Source: Magnetovibrionaceae bacterium
Lineage (GTDB): Bacteria; Pseudomonadota; Alphaproteobacteria; Rhodospirillales; JBMYSY01
DNA: 64,000 nt
Direction: 5' to 3'
NCBI GenBank assembly: GCA_049603795.1
Contig: JBMYSY010000019.1
Coordinates: 2,870 to 66,869, forward strand
Shown: piece by piece, positions 34,755 through 43,850 of the stretch
How the letters are laid out: each line of letters opens with the position of its first letter
Position numbering within the stretch: the first letter of the stretch is position 1
Notes under the pieces: generated by a model
What the model saw: only the letters and a program-made list of their open reading frames with translations
The model's database searches: none
What the model was told of the DNA's origin: nothing
Translations under genes and position numbers: made by a program

Positions 34755-36206
34755 ATGACGCCATCCGACCCGTTTCGCGTGCTGTTGATCGAAGACGATC
34801 TGTCCATGGCGCGGATCTGTCAGGGCTACCTGAAGGATACGGGCTACCGGGTCGATCATGCCGCCAACGGCAAGGATGCCTTGGAACTGATCGACAGCAA
34901 CCTGCCCCATGTGTTGCTGCTGGACCTGAAGCTGCCGGATATGGACGGCTTCGACATTCTGCGCCAGGTGAAGGAAAAGGGACTGCCGCTGGTCACCATC
35001 GTCGTCACCAGCCAGGCTTCCATGTCGACGGCGATCGAGGCGATGCAGCTGGGCGCTAAGGACTTTCTGGTAAAACCCTTCGCCAAAGAACGCTTGATCA
35101 CGACCCTGAAGAACGCCGAGGAACTGCAACATCTGGAACAGGTGGTGGAGACCTACCGTTCCGAGATTGATGTTCGACAGTACCACGGCTTCATCGGCTC
35201 CTCGCTGGCCATGCAGGCGGTTTACCGCATTGTCGGGGCTGCGGCGGGCAGCAAGGCTTCCGTCTTCATCACCGGCGAATCAGGCACAGGCAAAGAGGTC
35301 TGCGCGGAAGCCATTCACCGCCAGAGCGCGCGCGCCAAGAAGCCGTTCATCGCCATCAACTGCGGCGCCATTCCCCATGATCTGATGGAAAGTGAAATCT
35401 TCGGCCATGTGAAAGGGGCCTTCACCGGCGCGCACCAGGACCGCGAAGGGGCCGCCAAGCAGGCTGACGGCGGCACACTGTTTTTGGACGAAGTGGGCGA
35501 GATGGACATCTCGTTGCAGCCGAAACTGCTGCGGTTCCTGCAGACCGGGCGGTTCCAGAAGGTTGGCGGTGCGGGCGAGCAAGAGGTGGACGTGCGCATC
35601 GTCTGCGCCACAAATCGGGATCCTCTGGAGGAAATTCAGGCGGGCCGTTTTCGCGAAGACCTTTACTATCGCCTCCACGTCCTACCGATCCTGTTGCCGC
35701 CGCTCCGCGACCGGGAAGGGGATGTGGTGGAATTGGCGGAACACTTCCTCGGCGTCTATTCGAAGGAGGAGGGCAAGGCTTTCAAGTCCTTCTCGCCGGA
35801 GGCCCAGGCGATCCTGGCCGCCTACCCCTGGCCCGGCAATGTGCGCCAGATGCAGAACGTCATCCGCAACATCATCGTCCTGAACCAAGGGGATGTTGTG
35901 GAGGCCGACATGCTGCCGAGCCCGCTGGACAGTTTTTCGGCGGTAACGGCCATGGCGGCACTCCCACAGCCCCTGGCCCAGGCGGGAGCCGTCCCCGCCT
36001 CTCAGGGCGCACCTGCCGGAGCACCGGCACCGGTTGTCGATGATGGCGTGATTGTACCCCTGGCCCAGGTGGAACGGGAAACGATCGAGCGCGCCATCCG
36101 GCTTTCCGGCAACAACATCCCCCGCGCGGCCAAAAGCCTGGGGATCAGTCCGGCTACGATTTATCGCAAGAAGCAGGTCTGGGAAGTCCAGGGCGAAGAG
36201 CCCTGA
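34755..36206 (+). CDS. Sigma-54-dependent response regulator (bacterial enhancer-binding protein), LuxO-like
   Basis: AAGGAGG RBS. REC domain (VLLLDLKLPDMDG). AAA+ domain with GESGTGKEVCAEAIH, the GAFTGA sigma-54 contact loop and RFREDLYYRL. C-terminal Fis-type HTH. The overall string pattern is very close to Vibrio LuxO. Confidence 0.9.
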   Translation: MTPSDPFRVLLIEDDLSMARICQGYLKDTGYRVDHAANGKDALELIDSNLPHVLLLDLKLPDMDGFDILRQVKEKGLPLVTIVVTSQASMSTAIEAMQLGAKDFLVKPFAKERLITTLKNAEELQHLEQVVETYRSEIDVRQYHGFIGSSLAMQAVYRIVGAAAGSKASVFITGESGTGKEVCAEAIHRQSARAKKPFIAINCGAIPHDLMESEIFGHVKGAFTGAHQDREGAAKQADGGTLFLDEVGEMDISLQPKLLRFLQTGRFQKVGGAGEQEVDVRIVCATNRDPLEEIQAGRFREDLYYRLHVLPILLPPLRDREGDVVELAEHFLGVYSKEEGKAFKSFSPEAQAILAAYPWPGNVRQMQNVIRNIIVLNQGDVVEADMLPSPLDSFSAVTAMAALPQPLAQAGAVPASQGAPAGAPAPVVDDGVIVPLAQVERETIERAIRLSGNNIPRAAKSLGISPATIYRKKQVWEVQGEEP

Positions 36207-37712
36207 TCAGGTCCAAAGCCCCGGGATATCGATCTCCAACAACTGGCCCAAGGACCGGTCCGCAAGATCGGGCAGACCTTCGGCCAACATGCGGGCTGTC
36301 TCGGCATCGTCAAGGCGGTAAGAGGTCTCAACCGCACGCGCGGCCTGCAGCAACTGGGTGAGGCCATGGGCCCCGGAGCTGCTGCCCAGGGTGTGAACCT
36401 CCCGCTCGATCACGCTGTCATCACCGGCGGACAGGGCACGCTCGACCTCTTCGATCCGCTTACGGGTCTCCTCCACATAGAGCGCGACCAGTTCGGGCAA
36501 CATGTCGGGGTCTGTGTCGTCGCCCAGTTTTTTCAGGATCGCGACATCGACCAGGCCCGGTTCCGAAGCGTCTTGGGCTTCGTCATCGTCATCTGGCCGA
36601 TTGTCCGTCGGCTCGACATCCGGGGACGCAGCCGCCTGGAGGTCGCGGCCCAATAGGTTGTTCAGGGTGGCCAACAGAAAGTCGCGGTCGATGGGTTTGG
36701 GGACAAAAGCATCCATGCCCGCGGCCAGCAGCCTTTCCCGGTCGCCTTTCATCGCGAGCGCTGTTATCGCAACGATGGGGATAGCAGCCTTTTCCGGCGA
36801 AAGCTTTCGGATAGCACGGGTCGCCTGAATGCCGTCCATCTCGGGCATCTGGATGTCCATCAGCACAAGATCAAAGTCTCGGGCCTGGACGGCTTCGACA
36901 CCTTCGCGACCGTTGACCACACTTTCCGACAGGCAGCCCCACCTCGCGATAATGCCTTCGATAACGATCCGGTTGATGGCGTTGTCTTCGACGATCAGAA
37001 CCCGCGCGGGCGGCAAGGGGTCGTGTTCTGCCGAAGGTTCCGGGATCAAATCGGGTTGCGGGGGGCTCAACCGGATCAGGGGGACAAAAAAACGGGTGCG
37101 TCGTTCGTTCCGATCGAAGGATGCTTCCTCCAGGCCGCCGCCCATCATGGCCAAAAGGCGCTCGGCATTTTCCCTGGCAAACAGGAAGGGGAGACCGGGA
37201 TCCGCCTCGGCTGCTTCCTGTTTGAGGGTCAGGGTGAAGGTTATCCGCGCCTCTGAATCATCAACGTCGACGGAGAGGCTGAGCCTCGCGTTTTCTGTAC
37301 CGTGGGAAAGGTTGCGTGCGAGCGACAGCAACACCTGCCCCAATCGGCCCTGGTCCGCTTCGAACCAGACCGAGGCACTGTCGGCTGGCGGGCGAATATC
37401 CAGGCGGCAGGCTTTTTGTTTCAGGAAACGGCTCAAAAGGGTATCGACCGCTTCCAGCAGGTTCGACAGCTGCACGGGCTGGGGCTCCAGCGTCAATTCG
37501 CCGGTCATCAGACAGTGTAGGTCCTGTACTTCGTGGGTCAGGGCCGTCAAAAGCCCGGTGGCCTCCCGAGCACCGTCCAGAAGATCCTTTTGGGTCGGAT
37601 CGGAAACCATATCGGCGCAGGCGTTGATCCGACGCCGGAGCTCCGAGATCAGGGGGCTGAGCTCTGCGTTCATGGCCGCCAGATAGGCCAGATTGTCCGT
37701 TCCCTGTGTCAT
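36207..37712 (-). CDS. Soluble degenerate-HK / receiver / Hpt phosphorelay protein
   Basis: The DHp-like segment reads MNAELSPL where SHELRTPL is expected, so there is no phospho-His. The HATPase-like region lacks the DxGxG box. The REC domain is intact (DLVLMDIQMPEMDG) and so is the C-terminal Hpt (HTLGSSSGAHGL). No TM segment is present. Confidence 0.8.
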   Translation of the reverse strand: MTQGTDNLAYLAAMNAELSPLISELRRRINACADMVSDPTQKDLLDGAREATGLLTALTHEVQDLHCLMTGELTLEPQPVQLSNLLEAVDTLLSRFLKQKACRLDIRPPADSASVWFEADQGRLGQVLLSLARNLSHGTENARLSLSVDVDDSEARITFTLTLKQEAAEADPGLPFLFARENAERLLAMMGGGLEEASFDRNERRTRFFVPLIRLSPPQPDLIPEPSAEHDPLPPARVLIVEDNAINRIVIEGIIARWGCLSESVVNGREGVEAVQARDFDLVLMDIQMPEMDGIQATRAIRKLSPEKAAIPIVAITALAMKGDRERLLAAGMDAFVPKPIDRDFLLATLNNLLGRDLQAAASPDVEPTDNRPDDDDEAQDASEPGLVDVAILKKLGDDTDPDMLPELVALYVEETRKRIEEVERALSAGDDSVIEREVHTLGSSSGAHGLTQLLQAARAVETSYRLDDAETARMLAEGLPDLADRSLGQLLEIDIPGLWT

Positions 37713-37736
37713 CCGCTTATCGATCAGTCTTCCGTT

Positions 37737-38174
37737 TTAAGAGGCCAGGCCCAATCCTGCGATTGCCCGCTGCAGGCAACCCATCTGACCGGTTCTGGCA
37801 TCCAGTTCCAACGACAGTTTGCGCCCCAGATCGGGCAAGTCCAGAGGTTTGACGAAATAGGCGAAGCAACCAAGGCCGAGGGCGCGCTCGATATCCCCCA
37901 TGCAGGAGCGACCGGTCATCATGGCGACCGGTGTCTTTCGCAAATTGCGATCCTTTCGGATAAGCGAAAGAACATGCGGGCCGGAGAGGTCGGGCATCAT
38001 CCAATCCAACAGGATGGCAGAGGGAGCCTCGGCCCTGGCCTTGATCAGGCCCTCATTCCCGTCCTTTGCCGTAACCACGCTGTACTGGAAGCGTTTCGAG
38101 AGATGCAAACTGAGCTGCATGCGCAGACTGGCGTCGTCGTCGACCACCAGGATGGATTTTCGCATTTTGAACAT
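37737..38174 (-). CDS. Single-domain response regulator (CheY-like)
   Basis: ILVVDDD, ILLDWMMPDLSG and YFVKP receiver motifs. AAGGAG RBS. Confidence 0.85.
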   Translation of the reverse strand: MFKMRKSILVVDDDASLRMQLSLHLSKRFQYSVVTAKDGNEGLIKARAEAPSAILLDWMMPDLSGPHVLSLIRKDRNLRKTPVAMMTGRSCMGDIERALGLGCFAYFVKPLDLPDLGRKLSLELDARTGQMGCLQRAIAGLGLAS

Positions 38175-38209
38175 GAAAAGGCTCCTTTGCGGTTATTTGA
38201 CCGGGGAGG

Positions 38210-38225
38210 AGCAACAGGCATGCCA
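38210..38225 (-). promoter_or_regulatory. Sigma-54 promoter (P2): TGGCATG-CCTG-TTGCT
   Basis: The minus strand reads CCCTGGCATGCCTGTTGCTCC. The -12 GC lies 37 nt upstream of ATG 38174, the first gene of the REC/phosphorelay operon. Confidence 0.65.
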
Positions 38226-38371
38226 GGGGCGGATCACCCTCGGCTAAAGAAACACCGATCCCAGAGGCGGCTGAGCCGTCACCAAGGTTTCGCTTGAAGG
38301 CCAAGCGGGCTGTTGCCATCGTCTCTGACAGAAACGGCCTGCAACGCCGTCATGGGACAGGAGGATGAGTA

Positions 38372-39349
38372 GTGGAACGGGTTAGGCTTGGACGGACCGG
38401 TATACCGGTCTCTAAACTCTGTTTCGGGACAATGACATTCGGCGGGGCGGCGGACGCCGAAACCTCGGCAGAGATCTATGGTGCCTGCCGGGATGCCGGC
38501 GTGACCTTTTTCGATTGTGCCGACATGTACAACGGCGGCGAAGCGGAGCGAATTCTGGGTCGCTTGATCGCTCACGAGCGGGACGAGATCGTCCTCACCT
38601 CCAAATGCGTCATGCCGGTAACCAAAGACGTCGATCCGGCCAACCGCGGTGCCAACCGCCGCCATATCCTGAACGCCGTCGAAGCCTCCTTGAAACGGCT
38701 CGGCACCGACCGGTTGGACGTCTTGTTCATTCACCAGTGGGACCCGGAAACGCCGATGGAGCAAACCCTGCGCGCCGTTGATGATCTGGTGCGAAGCGGC
38801 AAGGTGGTCTATGCCGGTGTTTCCAACTGGGCGGCCTGGGCGATGGCCAAGGCCTTGGGGATTCAGGCGCGGGAAGGTTGGCAAGCCTTCGACATCATTC
38901 AGCCCATGTACAGCCTGTTGAAACGCCAGGTGGAGGTGGAGATTCTGCCTTTCGCGGCCTCGGAGGATTTAGCCGTGATCTGCTACAGTCCCGGTGCAGG
39001 GGGGCTGCTCAGTGGCAAGTACAGCGGCATCGATGCCGAGAAGGGCACTCGACTGGGTGATTCCGCGCATTATCGCCGCCGCTATTCCGTCGATTGGTAT
39101 TGGGACACCATTCAGAACTTCGGTGCCCTGGCCAAAGAATGGGGCCACCATCCCATGAGCCTCGCCATCGCCTGGGCCGGTGCACAGGAGGCCATAACCT
39201 GCCCGATCATCGGTGCCCGGAACATGGATCAGCTGAAGACGGGCCTGGCCGCAGCCGAGATCGCCTTGAGCCCTGACCAACGCGCCGAGATCACGGCCCT
39301 TTCCCAGACCCCGCCGCCCGCAACCGACCGCCTTGACGATGTGATCTAG
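38372..39349 (+). CDS. Aldo/keto reductase
   Basis: GTG start. LGRTGIPVSKLCFGTMTFG and FDCADMYNGGEAERILG are typical AKR N-terminal motifs. Confidence 0.9.
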   Translation: MERVRLGRTGIPVSKLCFGTMTFGGAADAETSAEIYGACRDAGVTFFDCADMYNGGEAERILGRLIAHERDEIVLTSKCVMPVTKDVDPANRGANRRHILNAVEASLKRLGTDRLDVLFIHQWDPETPMEQTLRAVDDLVRSGKVVYAGVSNWAAWAMAKALGIQAREGWQAFDIIQPMYSLLKRQVEVEILPFAASEDLAVICYSPGAGGLLSGKYSGIDAEKGTRLGDSAHYRRRYSVDWYWDTIQNFGALAKEWGHHPMSLAIAWAGAQEAITCPIIGARNMDQLKTGLAAAEIALSPDQRAEITALSQTPPPATDRLDDVI

Positions 39350-39371
39350 GATCCTTTTCGGGAACAATAAA

Positions 39372-40154
39372 ATGCTTAAACAGGTACCTGCCGCGCTGCT
39401 GCTTGTCGTCGGTTTTTTTGTGATGGCGGGTCCGGCATCGGCAGAGACCCTGACGATCTTTACGCACAATACCAAGGGACAGGCGGAGGTGCGCGACGGG
39501 CAGCTTCGCGGTCTCCCGCAAGCGGGTCTGCGCGCCGTCTATCTCGAGATCGTACGCGAAATCCTTGCCGATCTCGGCACCCCGGACATCCGCATCCGGG
39601 ATGTCCCTTTCAAGCGCGGCTATGAGTTTGCTGCCAATCGCGAAAACACCCTGCTCTTCAACATTGCGCGGACGGAAGAACGCGAGGCCCTGTTCAAATG
39701 GATCGGGCCCACCTGGCTGGTGCAGGATTTCATCTATGCTGCGGCGTCAAATACCGACCTGCCCGCCCGGATGGAAGAGGCGCTGGATCAGAAGATCTGT
39801 GTGGTCCGGGGGAATATCCATGACAGCTATTTTTCAAAACTGGCACCGCGCACCGTCAGCCGCGCGAACACCTACGAGACCTGCTTCAAGCGACTGCACG
39901 AAGGCCAGGCGGACTTGACGGTCATCGCCTCGGTGGACCTTGTCACAACCCTCGCCAAGGCCAACCTCTCGCCCGATCAGTTTGTGAATACCGGCATCAA
40001 GGTGAGCGAACACGGCGGCTACATAGCGGCTTCCCTCGACTTGGCGGACGACACCGTTGCCAGGTGGCAGGCCGCCCTCGACGCCATGAAAGCCGACGGG
40101 CGGCATGCGGAAATCGTCAGGACCTTCGCCCATCCGAGTATGAACTTGGAGTGA
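39372..40154 (+). CDS. Periplasmic substrate-binding-domain protein (SBP family 3-like)
   Basis: Signal peptide MLKQVPAALLLVVGFFVMAGPASA. The fold pattern resembles amino-acid-type binding proteins, and no transporter genes are adjacent. Confidence 0.7.
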   Translation: MLKQVPAALLLVVGFFVMAGPASAETLTIFTHNTKGQAEVRDGQLRGLPQAGLRAVYLEIVREILADLGTPDIRIRDVPFKRGYEFAANRENTLLFNIARTEEREALFKWIGPTWLVQDFIYAAASNTDLPARMEEALDQKICVVRGNIHDSYFSKLAPRTVSRANTYETCFKRLHEGQADLTVIASVDLVTTLAKANLSPDQFVNTGIKVSEHGGYIAASLDLADDTVARWQAALDAMKADGRHAEIVRTFAHPSMNLE

Positions 40155-40258
40155 AGCGCCTGATCCCTCATCTTTGCTGAGCAATCCCAATTGCAAAACG
40201 ATTACAGATGACTTACTTTAATCTTTCCGAAGTTCGGAATAATTAATGATGAGGCTGA

Positions 40259-40933
40259 ATGATGCCACTTGATAACGCGAAGGATATCGCGATAAGCCAG
40301 CCGATTTTGATCTCGGAAGCGGCAGCGGCGACTGGCCTCACTCCGCAAAAAATCAATCGACTAATCGATGACGAAATCCTGCCGCGGGCTGTCTCTGTTA
40401 AGGTCAAGAACCGGCGCGCGCTTCGAGTGTACGCCCTGCCGATGGTCAAATTCGGGGCCTCTGACGGGGTCAAGCTGAGCAAGCCAACCCGCCTAAAAGC
40501 AATGAATCTGATCGGTACCTATACCAAAGAGAACTGGCACAGCTTGCGCGATGAACCAGGCCTTGCCGCATCTTTGAAGTTTGAATCTGGCTGCGTCGTC
40601 GTCGCTCTTGGCCCAAAGATGACTGAAGCAATGGAGGGCCTGAACAGGTGGATTGAGGCGAAGCAGCGTGTCATTCAGGACCCGGACCTCCGAGGAGGGA
40701 TTCCCGTCATCCGCGGAACCAGAATTGGCGTTTACGAAGTCGCCCAGGCCCTGGATGCTGATGGCGAAGCTCTCGTTTTGGAGGATTTCCCAGCCTTGTC
40801 CCAAGAGGATCTGATAGCGGCGAAGCTGTTTGCCATCGCCCATCCGCAGAGGGGCCGCCCCCCGGCGCGCCCGGCGCGGCGGCAGCTGATATCGGAAACC
40901 GAAGTATACTTACCCCGCGCCGGAAGACTCTGA
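40259..40933 (+). CDS. DUF433-domain protein with an N-terminal HTH-like extension (putative antitoxin)
   Basis: C-terminal DLRGGIPVIRGTRIGVYEVAQAL...FPALSQEDLIAAKLFA is the DUF433 signature. The N-terminal ~130 aa contain ISEAAAATGLTPQKINRLIDDEIL. Confidence 0.75.
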   Translation: MMPLDNAKDIAISQPILISEAAAATGLTPQKINRLIDDEILPRAVSVKVKNRRALRVYALPMVKFGASDGVKLSKPTRLKAMNLIGTYTKENWHSLRDEPGLAASLKFESGCVVVALGPKMTEAMEGLNRWIEAKQRVIQDPDLRGGIPVIRGTRIGVYEVAQALDADGEALVLEDFPALSQEDLIAAKLFAIAHPQRGRPPARPARRQLISETEVYLPRAGRL

Positions 40934-40937
40934 ACTC

Positions 40938-41375
40938 TTGAGCACGAAGTTCCTGATAGACGAGTGCCTGCCTGTCTCTCTTTCGGCACTGGCGGTTGAT
41001 GCGGGCTATCCGGAAAGTGCTCATGTCGCCCATCGCGGCATGTGCGGCTGGCCCGACCACCGCTTAATGAGCCGCATCATCGAAGAGGATTGGACCCTGG
41101 TAACCCGAAACTCCAATGACTTCCGCCCGGTGAAAGGTAGCTCCAGCAAATCCCCCTGTTATGTCGGGCAACCCTTGCACGCCGGCCTCATTTGCTTGAA
41201 TCCACCTCCAGGTTCAGGGCGGACCGTCCTGCAAGATTATTTTGCGGCTGCCCTCAACCATATGGGGCCAGGGGGCAACCTGACGAACCAAATACTCGAG
41301 ATTGATCCAGCCGTTTCGGCAAACGAAAGGGTTATGATTCGGCTTTATGATTTTCCTCGAGATGAAGACACATAA
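40938..41375 (+). CDS. DUF5615 / Mut7-C-like PIN-domain protein (putative toxin)
   Basis: TTG start 4 nt after the upstream stop. KFLIDECLP...WPDHRLMSRIIEEDWTLVTRNSNDF matches the DUF5615 pattern. The region is low-GC. Confidence 0.7.
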   Translation: MSTKFLIDECLPVSLSALAVDAGYPESAHVAHRGMCGWPDHRLMSRIIEEDWTLVTRNSNDFRPVKGSSSKSPCYVGQPLHAGLICLNPPPGSGRTVLQDYFAAALNHMGPGGNLTNQILEIDPAVSANERVMIRLYDFPRDEDT

Positions 41376-41486
41376 ATCTGAAGAAATTCGCAGGCAGATA
41401 GGAGACGGCCTAAGCCTCCTTGATCCGACCCCGACCCATCGCAATATGTTGTCGATGGTTCAAATTTCACCGGGGCTTCCTTGCTG

Positions 41487-42029
41487 ATGAAAATCCTCGC
41501 CTTCGCCGCCAGCAATTCGAAACAGTCGATCAACAAGGCCCTTGTCCGCCATGCGGCCGATGTCTTCACCTCTGAAATCCTCTCCGATGCCACAGTGGAC
41601 CAGTTGGACCTGAACGATTTCGAGATGCCGCTCTACAGCATTGACCGCGAAAACGAAGGCGGCATTCCGGACCTGGCAAAAGCCTTCTATGGGGCCATTG
41701 GGGAAGCGGATGCCCTGATCATTTCGTTCGCCGAACACAATGGGACCTATACGGCAGCCTTCAAGAACCTGTTTGACTGGATGTCGCGGATCGACCGGAA
41801 CCTCTATCAGGGTAAACCGCTTTTGGCGCTTGCCACCTCCCCCGGCAAGGGCGGGGCCGGAAATGTCCTGAACGTGGCCACGAGCGCCGCCCCGCATTTC
41901 GGCACCGAAGTTGTCGCAAGCCTGTCGGTCCCATCGTTCTATGAGGTCTTTGATACCGAAAGCGGGACGCTCACTGATCCTGCACTGGCGGCAGCCCTTC
42001 GGCAGGCACTCTCCGCTCTCTGCAAGTAG
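41487..42029 (+). CDS. NADPH-dependent FMN reductase family protein
   Basis: MKILAFAASNSKQSINKAL...EHNGTYTAAFKN is typical of this family. Confidence 0.85.
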   Translation: MKILAFAASNSKQSINKALVRHAADVFTSEILSDATVDQLDLNDFEMPLYSIDRENEGGIPDLAKAFYGAIGEADALIISFAEHNGTYTAAFKNLFDWMSRIDRNLYQGKPLLALATSPGKGGAGNVLNVATSAAPHFGTEVVASLSVPSFYEVFDTESGTLTDPALAAALRQALSALCK

Positions 42030-42063
42030 GTGATCGGCCATTGCCGGATCGCGGGTCTTAGGC

Positions 42064-43545
42064 TCAGGTCCCGCAGAAGGTCTGCTTCACCTCTTCTTCC
42101 GGGTTCGGTGCGAGGGCGTACTTCGCCCCTTGCCGCTGATCGTCAAAGGGCTTTTCCAGAACCGCCAAGAGGTCATATAGGGGAGCATAGTCCGCATGAT
42201 CCTCGGCGGCCCGGATCACCTCTTCGACGCGATGGTTCCGTGCAATGACGGCGGGATTGGCCGCTTTTAGCCGGTCCTCGGCCTGATCGATGGTTTCGTT
42301 GTCTTCTGTGATCCTGATCCGCCAACGCGCAACCCATTCCGAAACTGTCTTCGGGTCTGCAAACTGCTGTGCAAAAGGGCTGACCCCACTGGTCTCTGCG
42401 ATGGCTTGGGGGAGGGATCGGAAGGTATTCGTAAAATCGGCCTCGCCGGCGGCCATGAGCTCCAGCAGTTCAAGGCCGAGGCCGAGCGCATCATCCGCGC
42501 CGTCCCTCAATCCCAGTTTGGCCGCAAAAGCCCGGCGCAGGTTGTTCGAGAAGGTCTCGGGCAAGGCGTCCACAACCTCCTGAGCCATGGCGACCGCCGT
42601 CTTCAGGTCTTCGTCGATGAAGGGCAGCAGACAGTAGGCCAATTGCCCCAGATTCCACTGCAGAATCCCGGGCTGGTTCATGAAGGCATAGCGCCCCCCC
42701 TGGTCGATGGAGCTGAACACCTTGTCCGGGTGGTAGGTGTCCAGGAAGGCGCAGGGGCCGTAGTCGATCGTCTGGCCGCTGATCGAGGTGTTGTCGGTGT
42801 TCATGACCCCGTGAATGAAACCGACGGAAATCCATTTTGCCACCAGGGCGGCCTGGCGCTCCATCACCCTGCGCAACAACCCAAGGGCCGGCAGCGGCTC
42901 GGCTTTCAGGTCCGGGTCGTGACGGTCAATGGCGAAGTCGATCAGGAGCTTAAGGGCCTCCAGGTCTTCCCGCGCGGCGAAGTACTCGAAAGTCCCGATG
43001 CGCAGATGGCTTTTGGCCACGCGGGTCAAGACGGCACCCGGTTTCAGGTCCTCCCGATAGACCGCTTCGCCGGTCGTCACGGCGGCCAGGGCCAGGGTCG
43101 TCGGGATGCCCAGGGCCTTCATGTGAGCGCTCAGGATGAATTCCCGCAACACAGGCCCGAGCGCCGCCCGGCCATCCCCGCCACGGGAATAGGGCGTGCG
43201 GCCTGCACCCTTCAGATGGATGTCCTGGCGGATACCATCCTTATCGATGATCTCGCCCAACAGAATGGCCCGTCCATCCCCCAGTTGCGGGACGAAATGC
43301 CCGAACTGATGACCGGCATAGGCCATGGCGAGCGGCTCAGCCCCCGGGGGCAGACAGTTGCCGGCAAAAATTTCGGCGGCCTCCGGCGTGCCGAGCGCCT
43401 GCGGTTCGAGCCCGAGCGAGAGGGCCAAGGCGTCATTGACGATTACCGGCCCTGGTGCCTTTACCGCTGTTGGTTCGAGGCGCGCATAAAACCGCTCCGG
43501 CAGTCGGGCGTAACTGTTGTCAAAACCGAAATTGATCTGTTCCAT
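42064..43545 (-). CDS. selO: Protein adenylyltransferase SelO (YdiU)
   Basis: FDNSYARLPERFY, AYAGHQFG, GDGRA and HGVMNTDN motifs. Confidence 0.9.
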   Translation of the reverse strand: MEQINFGFDNSYARLPERFYARLEPTAVKAPGPVIVNDALALSLGLEPQALGTPEAAEIFAGNCLPPGAEPLAMAYAGHQFGHFVPQLGDGRAILLGEIIDKDGIRQDIHLKGAGRTPYSRGGDGRAALGPVLREFILSAHMKALGIPTTLALAAVTTGEAVYREDLKPGAVLTRVAKSHLRIGTFEYFAAREDLEALKLLIDFAIDRHDPDLKAEPLPALGLLRRVMERQAALVAKWISVGFIHGVMNTDNTSISGQTIDYGPCAFLDTYHPDKVFSSIDQGGRYAFMNQPGILQWNLGQLAYCLLPFIDEDLKTAVAMAQEVVDALPETFSNNLRRAFAAKLGLRDGADDALGLGLELLELMAAGEADFTNTFRSLPQAIAETSGVSPFAQQFADPKTVSEWVARWRIRITEDNETIDQAEDRLKAANPAVIARNHRVEEVIRAAEDHADYAPLYDLLAVLEKPFDDQRQGAKYALAPNPEEEVKQTFCGT

Positions 43546-43628
43546 CCAAGGAATGTAGGCATGCCGAGGTGAGAAGTCAGCCGCGATTTGGGTCCTCTCT
43601 GGCCCTCAATCAATCCCCACCAGGGCCA

Positions 43629-43841
43629 TCAATGGCGGCTTTCCAAGGTCCCGCCTGTAAGGCAATCCGAGGCTTTATTGTGATCGGAAGCCTGTGCCCT
43701 GGCGTTTTCGACAAATCCTTCCCAAGACGACGATAGGCGTTCTGCCAAGGCTTCCGGTGCGGGCTGAAAGGCCATCCATCCGAACAGGAGAGCCAGAAGT
43801 GCAAAGGGGAGCGCCTGGGGCGGTTTAAAAAAGGTGATCAT
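43629..43841 (-). CDS. Possible small membrane/exported protein (70 aa)
   Basis: Hydrophobic N-terminus ALPFALLALLFGWMAF. It lies between the XRE gene and selO on the same strand. There is no further support. Confidence 0.35.
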   Translation of the reverse strand: MITFFKPPQALPFALLALLFGWMAFQPAPEALAERLSSSWEGFVENARAQASDHNKASDCLTGGTLESRH

Positions 43842-43850
43842 TTTTCCGGC

